A stretch of 64,000 nt of DNA from Marsupella aquatica (Eukaryota; Plantae; Marchantiophyta), in assembly GCA_973895155.1 (NCBI GenBank), contig OZ316899.1, positions 12,182,834 to 12,246,833 of the forward strand, written 5' to 3'. Shown piece by piece: positions 50,077 through 63,600 of this stretch. The notes below the pieces were generated by a model that ran no database searches, was not told where the DNA came from, and worked only from the letters and a program-made list of their open reading frames with translations. Numbering within the stretch: the first letter of the stretch is position 1; every line of letters begins with the position of its first letter. Both the position numbers and the translations under genes were made by a program.

Positions 50077-52512
50077 ATGGGGGAACCAGAGGCACAACCA
50101 GGCGAGAGGGGAGGAACCAGGCTAAGTCAACGATTGTGCATCCATTACAAGGCATTTCATGGCAGAGGAGATGAGGATCCTGATGAATGGTTGGATGACT
50201 TTGAAGGGACCGTTGTAGCAAATGGAGAGTCAGCCATTAGGATGCAGATCCTGCCCAGTTTGTTCAAGGGTGAGGCAAGACTGTGGTACAGAGCACTAGA
50301 TAGTGAGGAACAGACTGGGAACTCTTCAAATCACTATTTGTCAAGGAGTTTTGACCCATTGGAACCTCAGAATTGGCAATGCTGAAGTTAGGACAACTTT
50401 GGTTCAAGGAGAACAAGTCCTTCCGGAAGTTCTTACAACGCTTCTAAAAGCTGGTAAGACGTACAAAGACCAATGCATCGGAAGGTATGCAACTTCAATG
50501 GTTAGTAATTGCGTTACCTTAGAAGATGAGCTTTGCAATTAGGAAGGAAAACCCTACGACCTTAGCCGATGCAGTTAGAGATATCTATTTATATATTAAT
50601 GCATATATCACCAGCCAGAAGAAACAGTTCAAATCAAAGAGCTCATCATCTGATGAAGGATCAACCAAGAAGAAAAAAAATTCAAAAAATCCCAAGAAGT
50701 CAAGAAGTGACAACTCAAGCTCGGATAGTAAAAGTAGCAAGAGTGAGTCCTCTTCTAGCTCTGAGGAAGAAAAATCTAGGAAAAAAAAGTCAAAAGGAGG
50801 GGGAAGTTGAAGGTCAAATAGAGGCTAACCCTCCAACCCCGAATAACCTCGTAGCTCTTACTGACCAACTGCGGGCTATCATAGCAGAGGCTAAGCCGAA
50901 GAAGAAGGTAGTAGTCGAGGACAACTTTGTAGGGTGTACTTTTATGTTACAAGACTGGACACCACAAAGATGCATGTCTTAAACTAAACGCCAGTCATGT
51001 CTGGCAAGTTACCGAGACCAGGCAAGGTCAGGGAGAAGTAGAATACTTCCTAGGGGATGCGGCTGATAGTGTTGTCGACATCAGTGAGACATGAGCACGG
51101 GATCTGGCCAACCACCTTGCATCGCTATGGTTGGGGTTGAGGAATAACCCAGGATAAATGTATCCACAAATCATCTAGAATCCATCTGTGGCTCCTAGGC
51201 CGAATGTATAGAGATTTGCGGCATGCTATAACTGTGGTCAACCTGGCCATTTTGCTAGAGAGTGCCCAAACGCCAGGAAACAGGGTGATGGGCAGCCAGC
51301 TCAGTTATGTATGGGATGCCAACAAGAGGGCCACATGCTAGGACAATGTCCTACTTGGTTGGCAAGATTGGCCGCAAATCACAAAATCTTGCCGGTCAAA
51401 GTCCTACCACCAGGCACTACACCAGGTGGAGTTCAGATCAATCACATTGAACTAGGATGGAAGACAGAGGTTGAAGCCGAGTTTGGACCATCTGATGATG
51501 AAGCGGAGGCCTTATCAACATTCTCAAAAGAGGAACTGGACCACGACTGTTACCATGTTTCTACTCGTTCAACAAGGAGGAAGGAAAGGTGGGATGGTCT
51601 GGCCAAGAACAAAGGGAAAGCTAAGGAGGAAAGGGTTGACTCTTCATCAACCTCAACGGAGGGAGAAGGAAAGGCACCGGCAACGCAGGTAAGCCCTGAG
51701 CCCACCAGTGAGCCCAGTCCTTCACAAGATAGTGATTTTAACCAAGATCACCCCAAGCTATTCTACCCTTCCATTACTACTAGTGTTAAGGAACAACTTT
51801 GGGAGTTAGAAACACTAGAGAATTCTGAAGCAATAGCCAAGGATGTCAAAAGAGCCAAAGCGCTGTTTGCTTTGGAAAACCCTCCTGCCGTGGAACCTAC
51901 CGCTCAACAACAAACCAAAGTCAAGAAAGAGAAATTGGCAAAAGAGAAGCCAATAGTTCCCTATGACTTGGCTAAGGATGTACTAGAATCTAGAGTCTCG
52001 GCAACGGTAGGTCAACTTTTGAAGAATAGCCCGTATTTCCAAAAATAGTTAAGGCAATTCTACCCAAGGTAGCCACCAGGTCCGACGTGTTGATGATAGA
52101 AGAGGATCAAGGAGCCCCAACGCTACCATTAATGATTCAGGGGGAATCATTGCTACGGGTACCCATCAATGGAGGATAAGGGGTAATATGTATTATGTTT
52201 GATTCAACAGCAATAGGATGGGGTTTAACACCAGAGGTCACTGGAAGAGTGTTGAACATGGCTAATGGCTATCAGGTTATTCCCACAAGAGTCCTCACAG
52301 GCATAAAGACTGAGATAGGAGGAGTCTTGTTCAGTGTCAACTATGTGGTAATGAAACCGATGAACCCTACATCATTCCGATTATTGATTGGCAGGCCGTG
52401 GCTCTACCTAGCCAAGGTGATAGAAGATTGGGGGAAGAAAGAATTCACCTTTGGGACCCCCACCATCACAGTATCCTGGGACACCAAGGATGACCAGGGC
52501 AAGAGTATCTGA
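50077..52512 (+). pseudogene. Ty3/gypsy gag and aspartic protease (degraded; pol not reached before the copia insertion)
   Basis: FHGRGDEDPDEWLDDFE..LFKGEARLWY (gag); two CCHC knuckles CYNCGQPGHFAREC and CMGCQQEGHMLGQC; protease remnant INGG*GV..MANG..LLIGRPWL. Confidence 0.85.
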
Positions 52513-52888
52513 GATGTAGACGGGTATGACAGTGGGCTAGAGTCTGCCAATGAGGTACGCTGGCTAGAATGCCTCTCAGACCTGACCAAAGAAAGTTGCT
52601 TTGGACCGGATGTGCCCCCAAGTGGACTTTGGCAGGAACCAATGGAGAGTAGTATGGAGGAAGAATGTGACGCTGAAGCCAAGGACTACTTTGCCATAGA
52701 GTCCACCTTTTTATCTTCAATTCCAGAGGAATCATTGGGAGACAATCAGGTAGATAGTTTGACTAAGAGGGGAGCAGCACCTCAGGTATTGGATTTTCAA
52801 CGGATGTTGTGGCAGGGCCGGCAGGATCCACAACGCCAGTTATCATTGACAACCAATTAACTACCAAGGTTCCGGCTTACAGGCCAAT

Positions 52889-53184
52889 TGTTAGGAATTG
52901 ACTCAAGTTCCCGGCTTTAGTTAGTTTGGCCTTACTAGGGTTAGTTGACCCTTGGTTAGTTTAGGATAAGATCCACTTATTTAGGCCCACACATCTTAGT
53001 CCCCCTTGGGGGGTATAGGTTGGAGGGAGAGCATTCTCTCCCTCATTCTTCACATGTTCTTTCTCATGAGCTATGGATCCTTCAAGAGTTTCTCCATCAT
53101 TGGTGTCTTGTAGGTGTAGTTTGAGATTGTGTGCATTCTCATGTTTCCGCATTGTTGCCTAGTTTGAGCTGATGGTTTCCAACA
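52889..53184 (+). repeat. Copia 5' LTR (296 bp)
   Basis: TGTTAGG...TCCAACA followed 2 nt later by the PBS. Confidence 0.85.
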
Positions 53185-53186
53185 AG

Positions 53187-53198
53187 TGGTATCAGAGC
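53187..53198 (+). promoter_or_regulatory. PBS complementary to initiator tRNA-Met
   Basis: TGGTATCAGAGC. Confidence 0.95.
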
Positions 53199-53969
53199 TT
53201 CGTGTTTGAGGTTCGCTTGATTGGGCAGTGGGAGAATGTACGGTGTGCATTGAATCATTATCGATGATTGCATGATTGTTTCACTAGGCACTTTGCGTTG
53301 GAGTTTTCCTGTTTGGAAGAGGTGACAATTTTCTCTATCGTGGTTGCTTGGTTATGGTGGCCGAAAGCTTGTTTACAATGTGACGTTTGAATCAACTACT
53401 GAATTTGGGGAAGAAGTTGCCTAACAGATAGCCTATGGAGTTCTGGACATTTTGAGCCCAATATTGGCTTCTACGGAGCTATTTTTTGGGAGTTATCGCT
53501 ACTTTAAGCTTGCAGTTTTTATGACAGTTTGTAGTTCCGCGACGGAGAGTTGGGCGCAGCATCACAACTTGGATTTCTGCATGATATTGGGGTTCTTGTT
53601 AGAGCTTGTGGTTGAACTACATGGTTGAGCACCTTGTCGCGAGGGTGCTAGTGTTGTTTTGACCAAACCAATTTGCACATAGCTAAGTTTGTGACAGATT
53701 TTGCTCCGACCGGTCCCACAATTCTTGTGTATCTTTGCATTCAAATGTTGTGGTTTTTGAGTCAATTGGGGATTGTTGGATCCTGGCAATCGGTTGTATA
53801 GATCAATTTGCTTTTGGCTGGTCAAGAACTGAGCACAGATTTTTGAGTGATAAGATTGGGGATTGAGAATCTACCTCAACCGTGCTCATAGCGGCACATG
53901 TTATATTGTGATAAGGCCAATTGGTGGGCCCCTCACAAGTGAATAGTAAACTGAGGTCAGGGTTTCAGA

Positions 53970-54190
53970 GAGTGACCCAAAGGAGCCTCGCCCCAAGGGC
54001 GACACTAAGTAGGGTCGAACCAAGGGTGACCCGAGGGAGCCTCGCTCCAAGGGCGACCCGGAGTGACCAGAGAGAGCCTTGCTCCAAGGGCAACCCAGAG
54101 TGACCAGAGGGAGTCTCGCTCCAAGGGCAACCCGGAGTGACCAGAGGGAGCCTCGCTCCAAGGGCGACCCAAAGTAGGGTCAAACCAAGA
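53970..54190 (+). repeat. 37-bp tandem repeat in the copia 5' UTR (about 5 copies)
   Basis: GAGTGACCAGAGGGAGCCTCGCTCCAAGGGCGACCCG at 54061, 54098, 54135 plus degenerate copies. Confidence 0.9.
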
Positions 54191-56174
54191 GCAATCCACA
54201 AAATAGTTTTGCCAATAACTTTCTTATTGAAGACAGTTTGAAGAAATTGTTTACGTTGGTGCACTCAGAATTCAAATTTTCCAACTTCCAATTTTGGTAA
54301 ATTTTTGAGTGGAGGTAGTTTGGTACTTGTGTTTCCTATGTGTTTGTGGAAGCATCCATGGCTTCACAAAAGCCTGCAGTGCCAAAGTTTGAGGTGGAGA
54401 AGTGTGACACCACCGGTACGGTGGGTAATGAGTGATTCGGCCTAACCACGCTTAGCACGCGTGTTAGGGGTATCTTAGGCCGTAATTATTAGCGTAACGA
54501 CAATATTTAGGTAGCCATTATGAGTAGGACATCATTAGTCAATAACGGGCATTTGTGTTTGGGCTGGCGGTGGGTTGCCATTTGCACGCCCGGTTGCGAG
54601 CGTGTAATGGGCCCCCTCCCTCGGGTCTGTATAACGAACTCCATGAGACGGCCACTCACACGCGCTGACTCGGACTGGCGGAGTGGACGGTACACTACAA
54701 GCGTGAAAGGCTCGGCCTATAAGCAACAAGGAGGCATCGGGCGATCGACGAGCTCTCAGGGTATAAAAAGGGGGCCAATCCTTTGCAGTGCACCAGTTCT
54801 TCAGTCCACGCGCCAGCTTCGACCCAATTCTCTCGCCCATCCTTAGTTGCCTTCTATCTCCTCTGAATGTTGCACACAATCCTTTCCAGTTTGGCCATAC
54901 AATTCTGGACGCAGTTCTTGTCTATCGGGGGGGCACTTGGCCGACTCATTAAAACACGCCAACCCGCACCGATACAAAATCAAACGCGCGTACGAGAGAG
55001 CCATCCGCCTAGCAAGCCTCCACCACTATCTCCTTAACTTTGATTACCTGTCCCAAAGCGAGCTTTACCGACCCAAAGAAATACCAGGGCACTTCTTTGA
55101 CGGGGGCAAATACATCGGCTTCTGGGAGGCATTGCTTTGGCTTCCGGACGCGGTCTTCACTATCCCGGGCACGATCGACTTACAGCGGCACCACTTCGAC
55201 CACATCCCCGCTTGGGTCCAGACCATCATCAATAGCAAGTTCAATACTACCCGGTCATCAAGGCCGTCTACACTTGCTTTGGAAAACCTCTACCGGCACC
55301 TGCAGAACTTCATGGGAACCAGACCATCAACCACCAGTGTCGGCCTAGCCAAGCCCATGCCCGTACTTGCACCAACACCGGCTCAGGCTCAGGCTCCGCC
55401 TCAGCCTAGCCAATCCCCACCGCCGGTCGCCCCGCCCGTATAGGTGCGATCTGTCGTCAATGTTATGGACCTCAGCGACGAGGAAACCCCACCCCTGCTC
55501 AGGCGGCCCAGAGGAGCGAGCACCCTGTCACGCGATTGACATGGGTCTTAACACCAAAGACGTCACTATGGGTGCCAAAACCATCTCCTTGTACCTGAGG
55601 ATCACGAAGGGATGTTGTGAAGGCCGGTGAACACAAATTTATGCCCTTAACACCAGACTATCATAACAAGACTCCATCACACATCACCCAAGCTCAATCC
55701 CTAAGAACCAAGGTTGGGAATCAGATCTGCGCTCATGATAGTTCTGGTGAGAAGGGGTCTTCATATCGGGCCCGTACACACAGGGCCTAGCGCTACGGTG
55801 CGCATAGGTCTATACGTATGCTTACTGTCATAGGTATGTTTCTATTCCGCCGCCGGAATGTACCCATAAACCAGTGACTCCTGACTGATTCCCGGCTTAG
55901 GGATTTCTAAGCCATTGCCCCACCACTCTGCCATTCCACTCTCAGCAATCAGAGCTATGACAGTCCTCACCCAGCCCGCTTCAATGCACCCTGTACACCT
56001 CTCAGTGGCGCTGCTAGTCCCATCATACACTCAGATTGCCTCACACACACACATCCATGAGAGAAATGAGGCCTGAGAGGAAAACTCAATTAGATTCAAC
56101 GATATGCACAATAGTTCACTGAGAACACTTGATCCAAACAATAGGCCCGAAGGCTGTCTACTCCAGATTGTGAC

Positions 56175-56250
56175 GTGCTTGCCCCGCAAGCCCCGTGCTT
56201 GCCCCGCAAGCCCCGTGCTTGCCCCGCAAGCCCCGTGCTTGCCATGCAAG
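56175..56250 (+). repeat. 20-bp tandem repeat (GTGCTTGCCCCGCAAGCCCC) x ~3.7
   Basis: Directly visible. Confidence 0.95.
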
Positions 56251-57309
56251 CTCAATCCTGAACCTGAGTCCGGCTCACTCCAGATTGTGACGACAGATTG
56301 GACTCAAACCAATCCCGTACTTGCCTTGCAAACTCAATCCTGAACTCAACCTCCTTCACTGCACTTCATTCTTGGGGGCACATACAGATCTCACACCTCC
56401 AATTCAGAACGTCAAGTTACGCATGCACAGTTGACTCGACTTCAAAGCTGGTACCAGGCCTAACGACGATCTATCCCAGACTGCAATGAGGCTCGGCCTC
56501 ACGCTTGCCCTGCAAGCTCCGCTCTGGCCATAGATCCCTTAGTGCTCTCCACCAGACAAAGGTCGGGACTCCCCATGGATCACGTAGCCTTGCCAGACTG
56601 AACTGTAAATGCTCCTCCTGCTGCCCCTCAATCAGTGTCTCAGCCTCCCTAATGTGCTCACCACAAATCAAATTGACATCCTCCCCACAGTTTACAATCA
56701 CCAATACATCACCTATCACCAAGGCTCTGTATCGGGGGAAAAGAACCCAGTTGTGCTGCCCACTAGAAAGAGCCACAATCCAGCTCGCAAACCTAGCAAC
56801 CCGTTGCTGTGAAACTTGGCTGATTACTCCCTGAGTAATAGCACAACCAAGCTCTCCCCAACACGCAGCGTCCAAGTCCAGCCTTGCTTGCACAGAGCTC
56901 CTCCCTACTGCTCAGTCTAAGTGAGATCACACAACTGAAGTCCCCCCCCCCCCTTTGCCTCTACCGGGGGGCTGCTCTATATACTCTCATGCTGAGCCAA
57001 AATGGGTGGATATTACGCTGTTGGAGCCCCATCCCAGCCCTAACAGAGCCGCCACTATCTCTAACTACTGAACCCTAACTCGCAACTTTATTTCTATCTC
57101 GAATTGGCTATGTTCTTCGGATTTGGCTCTCCTCCATGGTTTTTGCGAGCTTGCGCCTCCTCTCCCGATTTCTCTATTGAACCATTTTCTGCGTGGATAG
57201 CAGCGTTGGAAGCGGCTTGAGCTCCTCTTTCCAACGAGGTCAATTATAGCCAATTTGGGCAAATACACATAAAGTTATGCCCCCGTAACCGAGAGGGGGT
57301 ACACATTGC

Positions 57310-57670
57310 TATGCTAACCCAAGTTACATAGCTAACCCGAGTTCGGCTAACCTAGCTATCCTATCTAACCCGAGTAGAGCTAACCCGTGGTCTCGGGTTA
57401 GGCCGCTACCCACTATCCGCTAACCTAGGCTAAGCTGAGCCTGAACCCGAGCTTGTCTAAGCTAACCCGAGCCCGAGTTTAGGCTAACCCAAGTTCAGTC
57501 TAACCCGGGATCAATCTAATCCGAACCCGGGTTAAGCCTAAGCTGAAGCCGTGCTTACCTGAGCTAAGCTGAAGCCGTGCTTACCTAAGCTAAGCTGAAG
57601 CCGTGCTTACCTAAGCTAAGCCGTGGCCGAGCTTGGGTTAACCCGAAACTGAACCCGAAACTGAAGCTAA
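57310..57670 (+). repeat. GCTAACCCGA-type and 25-bp AAGCTGAAGCCGTGCTTACCTAAGC tandem repeats
   Basis: Directly visible degenerate arrays. Confidence 0.85.
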
Positions 57671-60600
57671 TTCCGGCCACAGATTAACCCGTCACACTAA
57701 TCAGGCCGTATCTTCCTTAATACACCTCCGTTTCCCGAGTGTTTTATATCGATTTTACTCGCCTTGACCAGATCTTTCCAATGCTCTTTACAGATCCGGA
57801 TTTGGTGACATATTGAAAGAGATATGGTCACCAACCACCCGCGACATAGCTTTTATTTCCCTACTCTTAACGCCATGATTGCCCTTATTCTTGCCATCTT
57901 GCTAATTCTTATGCAATATCAATAGCTACTCCTTGCATACAACAGCCTAGTTAATCAAATTAAAGAATAAGGACCATGTCATCAGCGTCACACACCTAGG
58001 GAGCCGGCACTACATCGCCCCCTCCCGAGGCCCGGATCCGAGTAGCGGCTCCGGTGGACAACAAGTGACCGTAGCCGCCCCGGCCCCAATACTAACGGCG
58101 GTGGCACTACCCATACCCAATCGGGAGGATGGGAAGATGTCACCCTCTCCGAGCCATCACGGGAGCCAATCTCGGGGAAAGAAGAGGAAGGAATCCGCAG
58201 CTGTATCTGGGTTAACCATGGCCATGGTAGCCGCGGCCAAGGTGACAATGCACCGCATGGGGGAGAACGTGCATAAGAACATCCTCCATCCCAAACATGC
58301 GGTGTACTTGAAGACTCAGGGGTTCAAGCACCTCGCCTCTCTCCCCTGTAACACCTGCAGGTACTACGGGGAGGACATGACGGAGTTTGTCAAGAATTAT
58401 GACAACGCCCGTCAGCAGACTCGGCTACTGGGGAGGAATATGTCCCTCACAAAGGAGCGGCTTAGGATGATCTTTGGGCTACCCGAGGGAGATCAACGAG
58501 TCGAATCACGGGCTCCCGGGGGCAAAGGAGCCAAGTACCAATCCTCAAGTTTTCCCTCTGAGGGTCAGTGGACAACGGGTTTGTGATGAGGACCTGCCTC
58601 ATCCCCGAGATAGCCAAGCGGCTGGAGTTCCAAAGGTACGCCCTCCACATGATGGAACCCTGGGGCGAGATCTCCGCTGCCCAGGTTATTCAGGTCGAGA
58701 ACTATTGACCTAGGAAGTGGGCGTCGTACTTCGCTAAGAAGTTCCATGAAGAGATGGAACGGGGAAGGAAGGCGCTATACATTGGCGGGAAGGCGTATTT
58801 TGCGAGCCACATCGAGATCATTCTCGAGTGGTATGCCCGGTTTGATCGACAAACCCTTCCCCGGGCCAATGTAACTAAGTTGGTTCCGACTAAGTGGGTC
58901 TTCCCGGCCTTGGAGAGACGGCCTCAACCCGAGGCCCAAAGTCTGGCGGCCACGCAGGCCTCACCCACCCCACCTCCACAAGTAGCCATAGCCGTGGCCA
59001 AAGAGGTACCGGACAAGGCAATGATCGCAACCTTAGACGCGATCAACCAGGCCGGGCCGAGTACAGAAGTCAGGGCGGTGGAGGCCTTGACCAAACCCAA
59101 GGGTCCAGAAGACCCACCGATGGCTATTCTAGAGGATAGCACGATGATGGAGGAGGACACTCCAGCCCCTTCCAACACTACATCCCCAGGGCTGGATGTC
59201 ACTACCCCGGCTCCCGCGCGAGTTGACGTCTGCCCATGCCCAAATCCGGACGGGCATAGGCTGGACCACCCGAAACTCTTCGTATCGGGTACATTTCTGA
59301 ACGGGATTTTGGGAGATTTCTCCCAACAGATTGCCCGGGATACCGGGGAGTTCATGGCCTGCAAGGTAGCCTACTTCTTCAATCAGGAGTTAGTTACTAC
59401 AGTAAAGGCAGGTCGGGCCCAGTCGGAGGCCCTTTAGAGGATAGAGCGGTACCGGGTTGATTCCGTGTACCTAAAGGGCAAAATTGAGACTCAAGAGGCT
59501 GAGCTTCTGCAACTACAACCCAAGGTTGCAGCCGCCGATGAGTTGTTAGCAAATGCACACGCCCTTACCGCCTTAGCCGAACAGGCCAAAGCTAGGAAGA
59601 AGGCCAAGATTGCACGGCTCCAGACCCAGATTGAGAGTTTGAAGAATCAAACTGTCATCTGGCAGAAAGACCTGGAGGAGGCCAAAGAGCGGGCCCAGCA
59701 TGACACTGCGGAGACTGCCGCCCTACAGGCCGAAGTAGCGCGGATTCAAACTGAAGCCGAGAAGCAGAATCAGATGGTGGACAAGCTGACAAGCAACTGG
59801 AAGAGGCATGCCAGGAGGCAGCTGGGGAGATGGACGCGGCAAAGCGAGAGAACGAATCTCTACTAGACCAAGTCCAGCTCCTCAAGATGGACACCGACAG
59901 ACTCCGTAGGCAACGGGATGGCCGCTCCCACTCGGACGGCTCTGGCAAGCGTACCAAGCATTAGCGGAGGGTTAGGCTTAGAATAGAACTAGGAGTAGCT
60001 AAAATAGGCTGTTAGGACAAGTACCGGCCAAAAAATAGCGGCGTTGACACATTAGCCAGCCTGTGTAGAATAGGTTAGACTAATTGGACAAGCCATAACC
60101 AGCTTAGCAAGGATATAAGTTAGCGTAGATTCGGGCACAAGGCCAGGCTGGTCCTCAGCCCTTAGTATTTAGTAGCCCCCCGATAGAGGCACGGGGGGGG
60201 GATTTTAGACTCAGAAGTTGGCCATTCGCGGTACGCGCGGGGAGTCCTGAACTCGGTGAAGTGCCGGAGTGCCAAGGGGAGGGTATACAACTAAGCTTGC
60301 TGGGCGAGTGCGGAGCTGGGCTCCGTTGTAGTGTATACTCCTCGGCCTTGGGTCCGTTCATTCACAAGGTGTCGAGTCACCCAATCGTAAGTGTAGGATC
60401 ATATATGAATGAAATCCTTTCCCCTCAATTCCTTTGTGTAAATCAAGATTTCTGTTATGTAGGAATGCATGTATGAGTCTTATGTGCAAGTATCAATGTC
60501 GGGCCGAACACGTGATGCCAAGCGTGCACGGGGGGCAGGTTACGGGTACAGGGTTGCGAGCCAGGGTTGAGCACTTGTACTAATGGATCTAGATCGAAGG

Positions 60601-63600
60601 TGGTAACACGAAGGCTTAGAAGTCCGTAAGCCGGGGTCAACCCCGTGTCGACTAAGGTACGTTCCGGTGGCGGAACACAAAGCATACCTAAGCGTGCTTG
60701 TAAGTAAATGTATGCGCACTTAGCGCTAGTTTGGGAGAATTATACGCACTCCGCACGTCCCTCCCTGCCCGAACCCGAATACTGGCAAGGGAAGTGTCCA
60801 TCTTAGACATAGATTGGCCTAAGAGCTAGGCCGATGGCATGACAAGAAGTTTGATGGAAAGGTCAGCTTTAGCCTCTAGACTCGGAAGGTGACCAACGTG
60901 TTGATCCAGCAGGGTCTTGAGAAGACCATCACTAGAGTGAAGCCCTCAACTCTGACCAATGAGGAGTGGGAAGACATGTCGGTGCAGGCGTGTAGTACAA
61001 TCAAGTTGTTCTTGGCCAACGACATTCTCAAGAACATGTTGGGGATAGATCAAAACGCCAAGAAGATCTGGGATATGCTTACTCAGCTATGCCAGAGTAC
61101 TTCATTGACTACTCGTATTTACCAGTTGGAGTAGCTGTTTAGGTTGAAGTTGAAGGATGGTGGAAACATGCATGATCATCTGAGTCTCTTTGATGAGATT
61201 GTGCACGAGGTGACCACGGCAAGAGATAAGTTGACTGATGAGTACCTTGCGATGCATTTGTTGATGTCGCTTCCAAAGAGTTTTTCAACGTAGGTAACGA
61301 TCATCACACATGACAAGCCTATGTTGAAGTTGGATGCGGTGAAGGCTACCATTCTTGCAGAATGGAGCAAGCAACATCTTTCTGACCGTGAAGATGAATA
61401 TGCTGCCTTAATGGTTAGAGGCAGATCGACGGAGCGTACTATGGACCAGTCTAGATATAAATCTCAAAGTAGATCTAAATCTAAGTCCCGTAATAAGAAA
61501 GTTCAGTGTTGGCATTGCCATGAGAAGGGCCACACCAAGTGGAATTGTCCTTCTCTGTCGAAGCAAAAGTATCTTGCTTCCAATGGTGCATCCTCCTCGT
61601 CATCTGGCATTGTGATTGTTGATAATGAGGATGTTGGTGAAGTGCTATGTATTGGTGTTGTGAATTTTGTGTATGACAATAAATGGATGTTGGATTTGGG
61701 TTCCTCTTATCACATGTGTCCAACGCAATCATATTTCTCCAATTACCAACCTTGTTTTGATATTGTGGAAATCGAAAATGGTGTCCGATGTGCGATTGTT
61801 GGCATGGGGACTATCAAATTCCGGATGTTTGATGGTGTTGTGCGAGCACTGACAAAAGTCAGGCACATACTAGACATCTCTAAGAATTTGGTCTCCTTGG
61901 GTGCTTTGGAAGTTGGTGGATCTCATTTCACTGCACGTGATGGTGCGCTCTTTGTTGTCAAAGGTGATGTATCTTTGATTAAGGCGCTACGGCAGAATAA
62001 TTTGTACATCTTGCAAGGAGATGTCATTGCTCCTCCAGTGGGGCATGTAGATTCTATGGTGGAATGTTTGGATGCAGCGGCGACATCTGCCATAGAGTCA
62101 TCTTTGGTTGCTTCAATTGAAGCACCCTCAACATCTGGTCGCACACAAGCCATAGATTTGTGGCATGCACGGTTGGGGCATTTGAGTGGTAAAGGATTGG
62201 TAGCCTTGGCAAACAGAGATTTGTTACAAGGCGCTCAATCTGGTAAACTCTCTTTCTGTGAAGATTGCATCTATGGCAAGTAGAGGAGAGTGAGTTTTAG
62301 TTCTAGTTCATACCATTCTCATGAGATTCTTGAGTATGTACATTTGGATGTTTGGGGTCCAGCGCCAGAGCCGTCGTTGGGTGGAGCCAAATATTTTGTG
62401 ACGTTTGTTGATGATTACTCTCAAATGTGTTGGCTGTACTACATGAAGGAGAAGTCTCAAGTATTTGAGATCTTCAAGGAGTGGAAAGCCATGGTGGAGC
62501 TACAAACTGGGAAGGAGTTGAAGTATGTTTGGTCAGATAACGGTGGCGAGTATAAGTCCAATGAGTTTGACCAATTTGGTCGGGACCTTGGCCTCAGGCA
62601 TCATTACACTGTATCGGAGACCCCGCAACAAAATGGAGTTGCAGAAAGGTTGAACCAGACATTATTGGAGAAAGCACGCAGCATGCTATGTAAGTCCAAG
62701 TTGTCCAACAAGTTTTGGGCTGAAGTTGTCAACCAAGCTACATACGTCTACAATCTGTCACCACACAGTAGTAAGTTGATGCAGACTCCATTTGAGTTGT
62801 GGTATAAGAGACCTGCTGATTACTCTAGACTCCAAGTTTTTGGGTGTGCTACCTATCTTCACATTGAGCAGACACACAGGTCTAAATTGGATCCCAAGTC
62901 TAAGAAATGTATAAGTAGGATCCCAAGTCTAAGTTGGATCCCAAGGCTATAAATTATGGGATCCTATCCATTGCAAGGTAGTTGTGAGCATAAATGTTGT
63001 TTTTGACAAAGAATGATTGTCAAGACCTCGGGATAATCAGGAGGAGCAGGTGGAGGAACCCACTATGGTGGAGCTTGACGGTGCTAAGGAAGTTGCTAGA
63101 ACCTCTAGTAGGGGTGCAGTTCCTCAATTAAGGCATTCCACAAGGGCCAATCTTGGCCAACCCCCTAATAGATTTGGTTTTGCAGATCCTCGTGTTCACA
63201 TAGTTGAACTCGACGATGATCCCGATGTTATATTGCTCACTGAAGATGGAGACCCTTCTAGCTATGAAGAAGCTATGGTCTCTCCAGAAAAGGATAAGTG
63301 GATGGAGGCAATGTTGAAGGAGATGAATTCTTTGAAGAAGAATTCAACTTGGCGCTTAACTAACATGCCTCGTGGGAAGACACTGGTTCCTTGTAGATGG
63401 TTGTACAAGAAGAAGCAGGATGGCACTTACAAGGCACGCCTTGTGGCCAAAGGGTACACCCAAAAGGAGGACTTGGACTACACGGAGATTTTCTCACCAG
63501 TTGTCAAACTTGCTACTATCCGTGTTTCACTTGCGATTGTGGCATTCCATGATCTGGAATTAGATCAAATGGATGTAATTATTGCTTTCTTGCATGGATT

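Larger units (their letters stand above)
55526..57992 (-). mobile_element. Nested solo-LTR-like insert (~2.5 kb)
   Basis: TGTCAC...GTCACA ends; flanks CACCC/CACCT; internal tandem arrays. Orientation inferred from end similarity. Confidence 0.65.
54847..59965 (+). pseudogene. LTR-encoded accessory protein (split by 55526-57992), related to 28132-31662
   Basis: YLKTQGFKHLASLP..EDMTEFVKNYD..LRMIFGLPEG aligns with YMNDTGLEGFVRLPW..EDLLDFVGCWE..IEAVFALPTG; C-terminal coiled coil shared with 87-347. Confidence 0.65.
54403..60844 (+). mobile_element. ORF-bearing solo-LTR-like unit inserted in copia gag (~4.0 kb without its nested insert)
   Basis: TGTGAC...ATGACA ends; perfect 5-bp TSD AGAAG (54398-54402, 60845-60849); removing it restores the gag frame; no gag/pol of its own. 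Confidence 0.92.

Noticed and set aside
53970-54190. Possible CRISPR array
   Set aside because: Head-to-tail 37-bp units without unique spacers, in a copia UTR, no cas genes.
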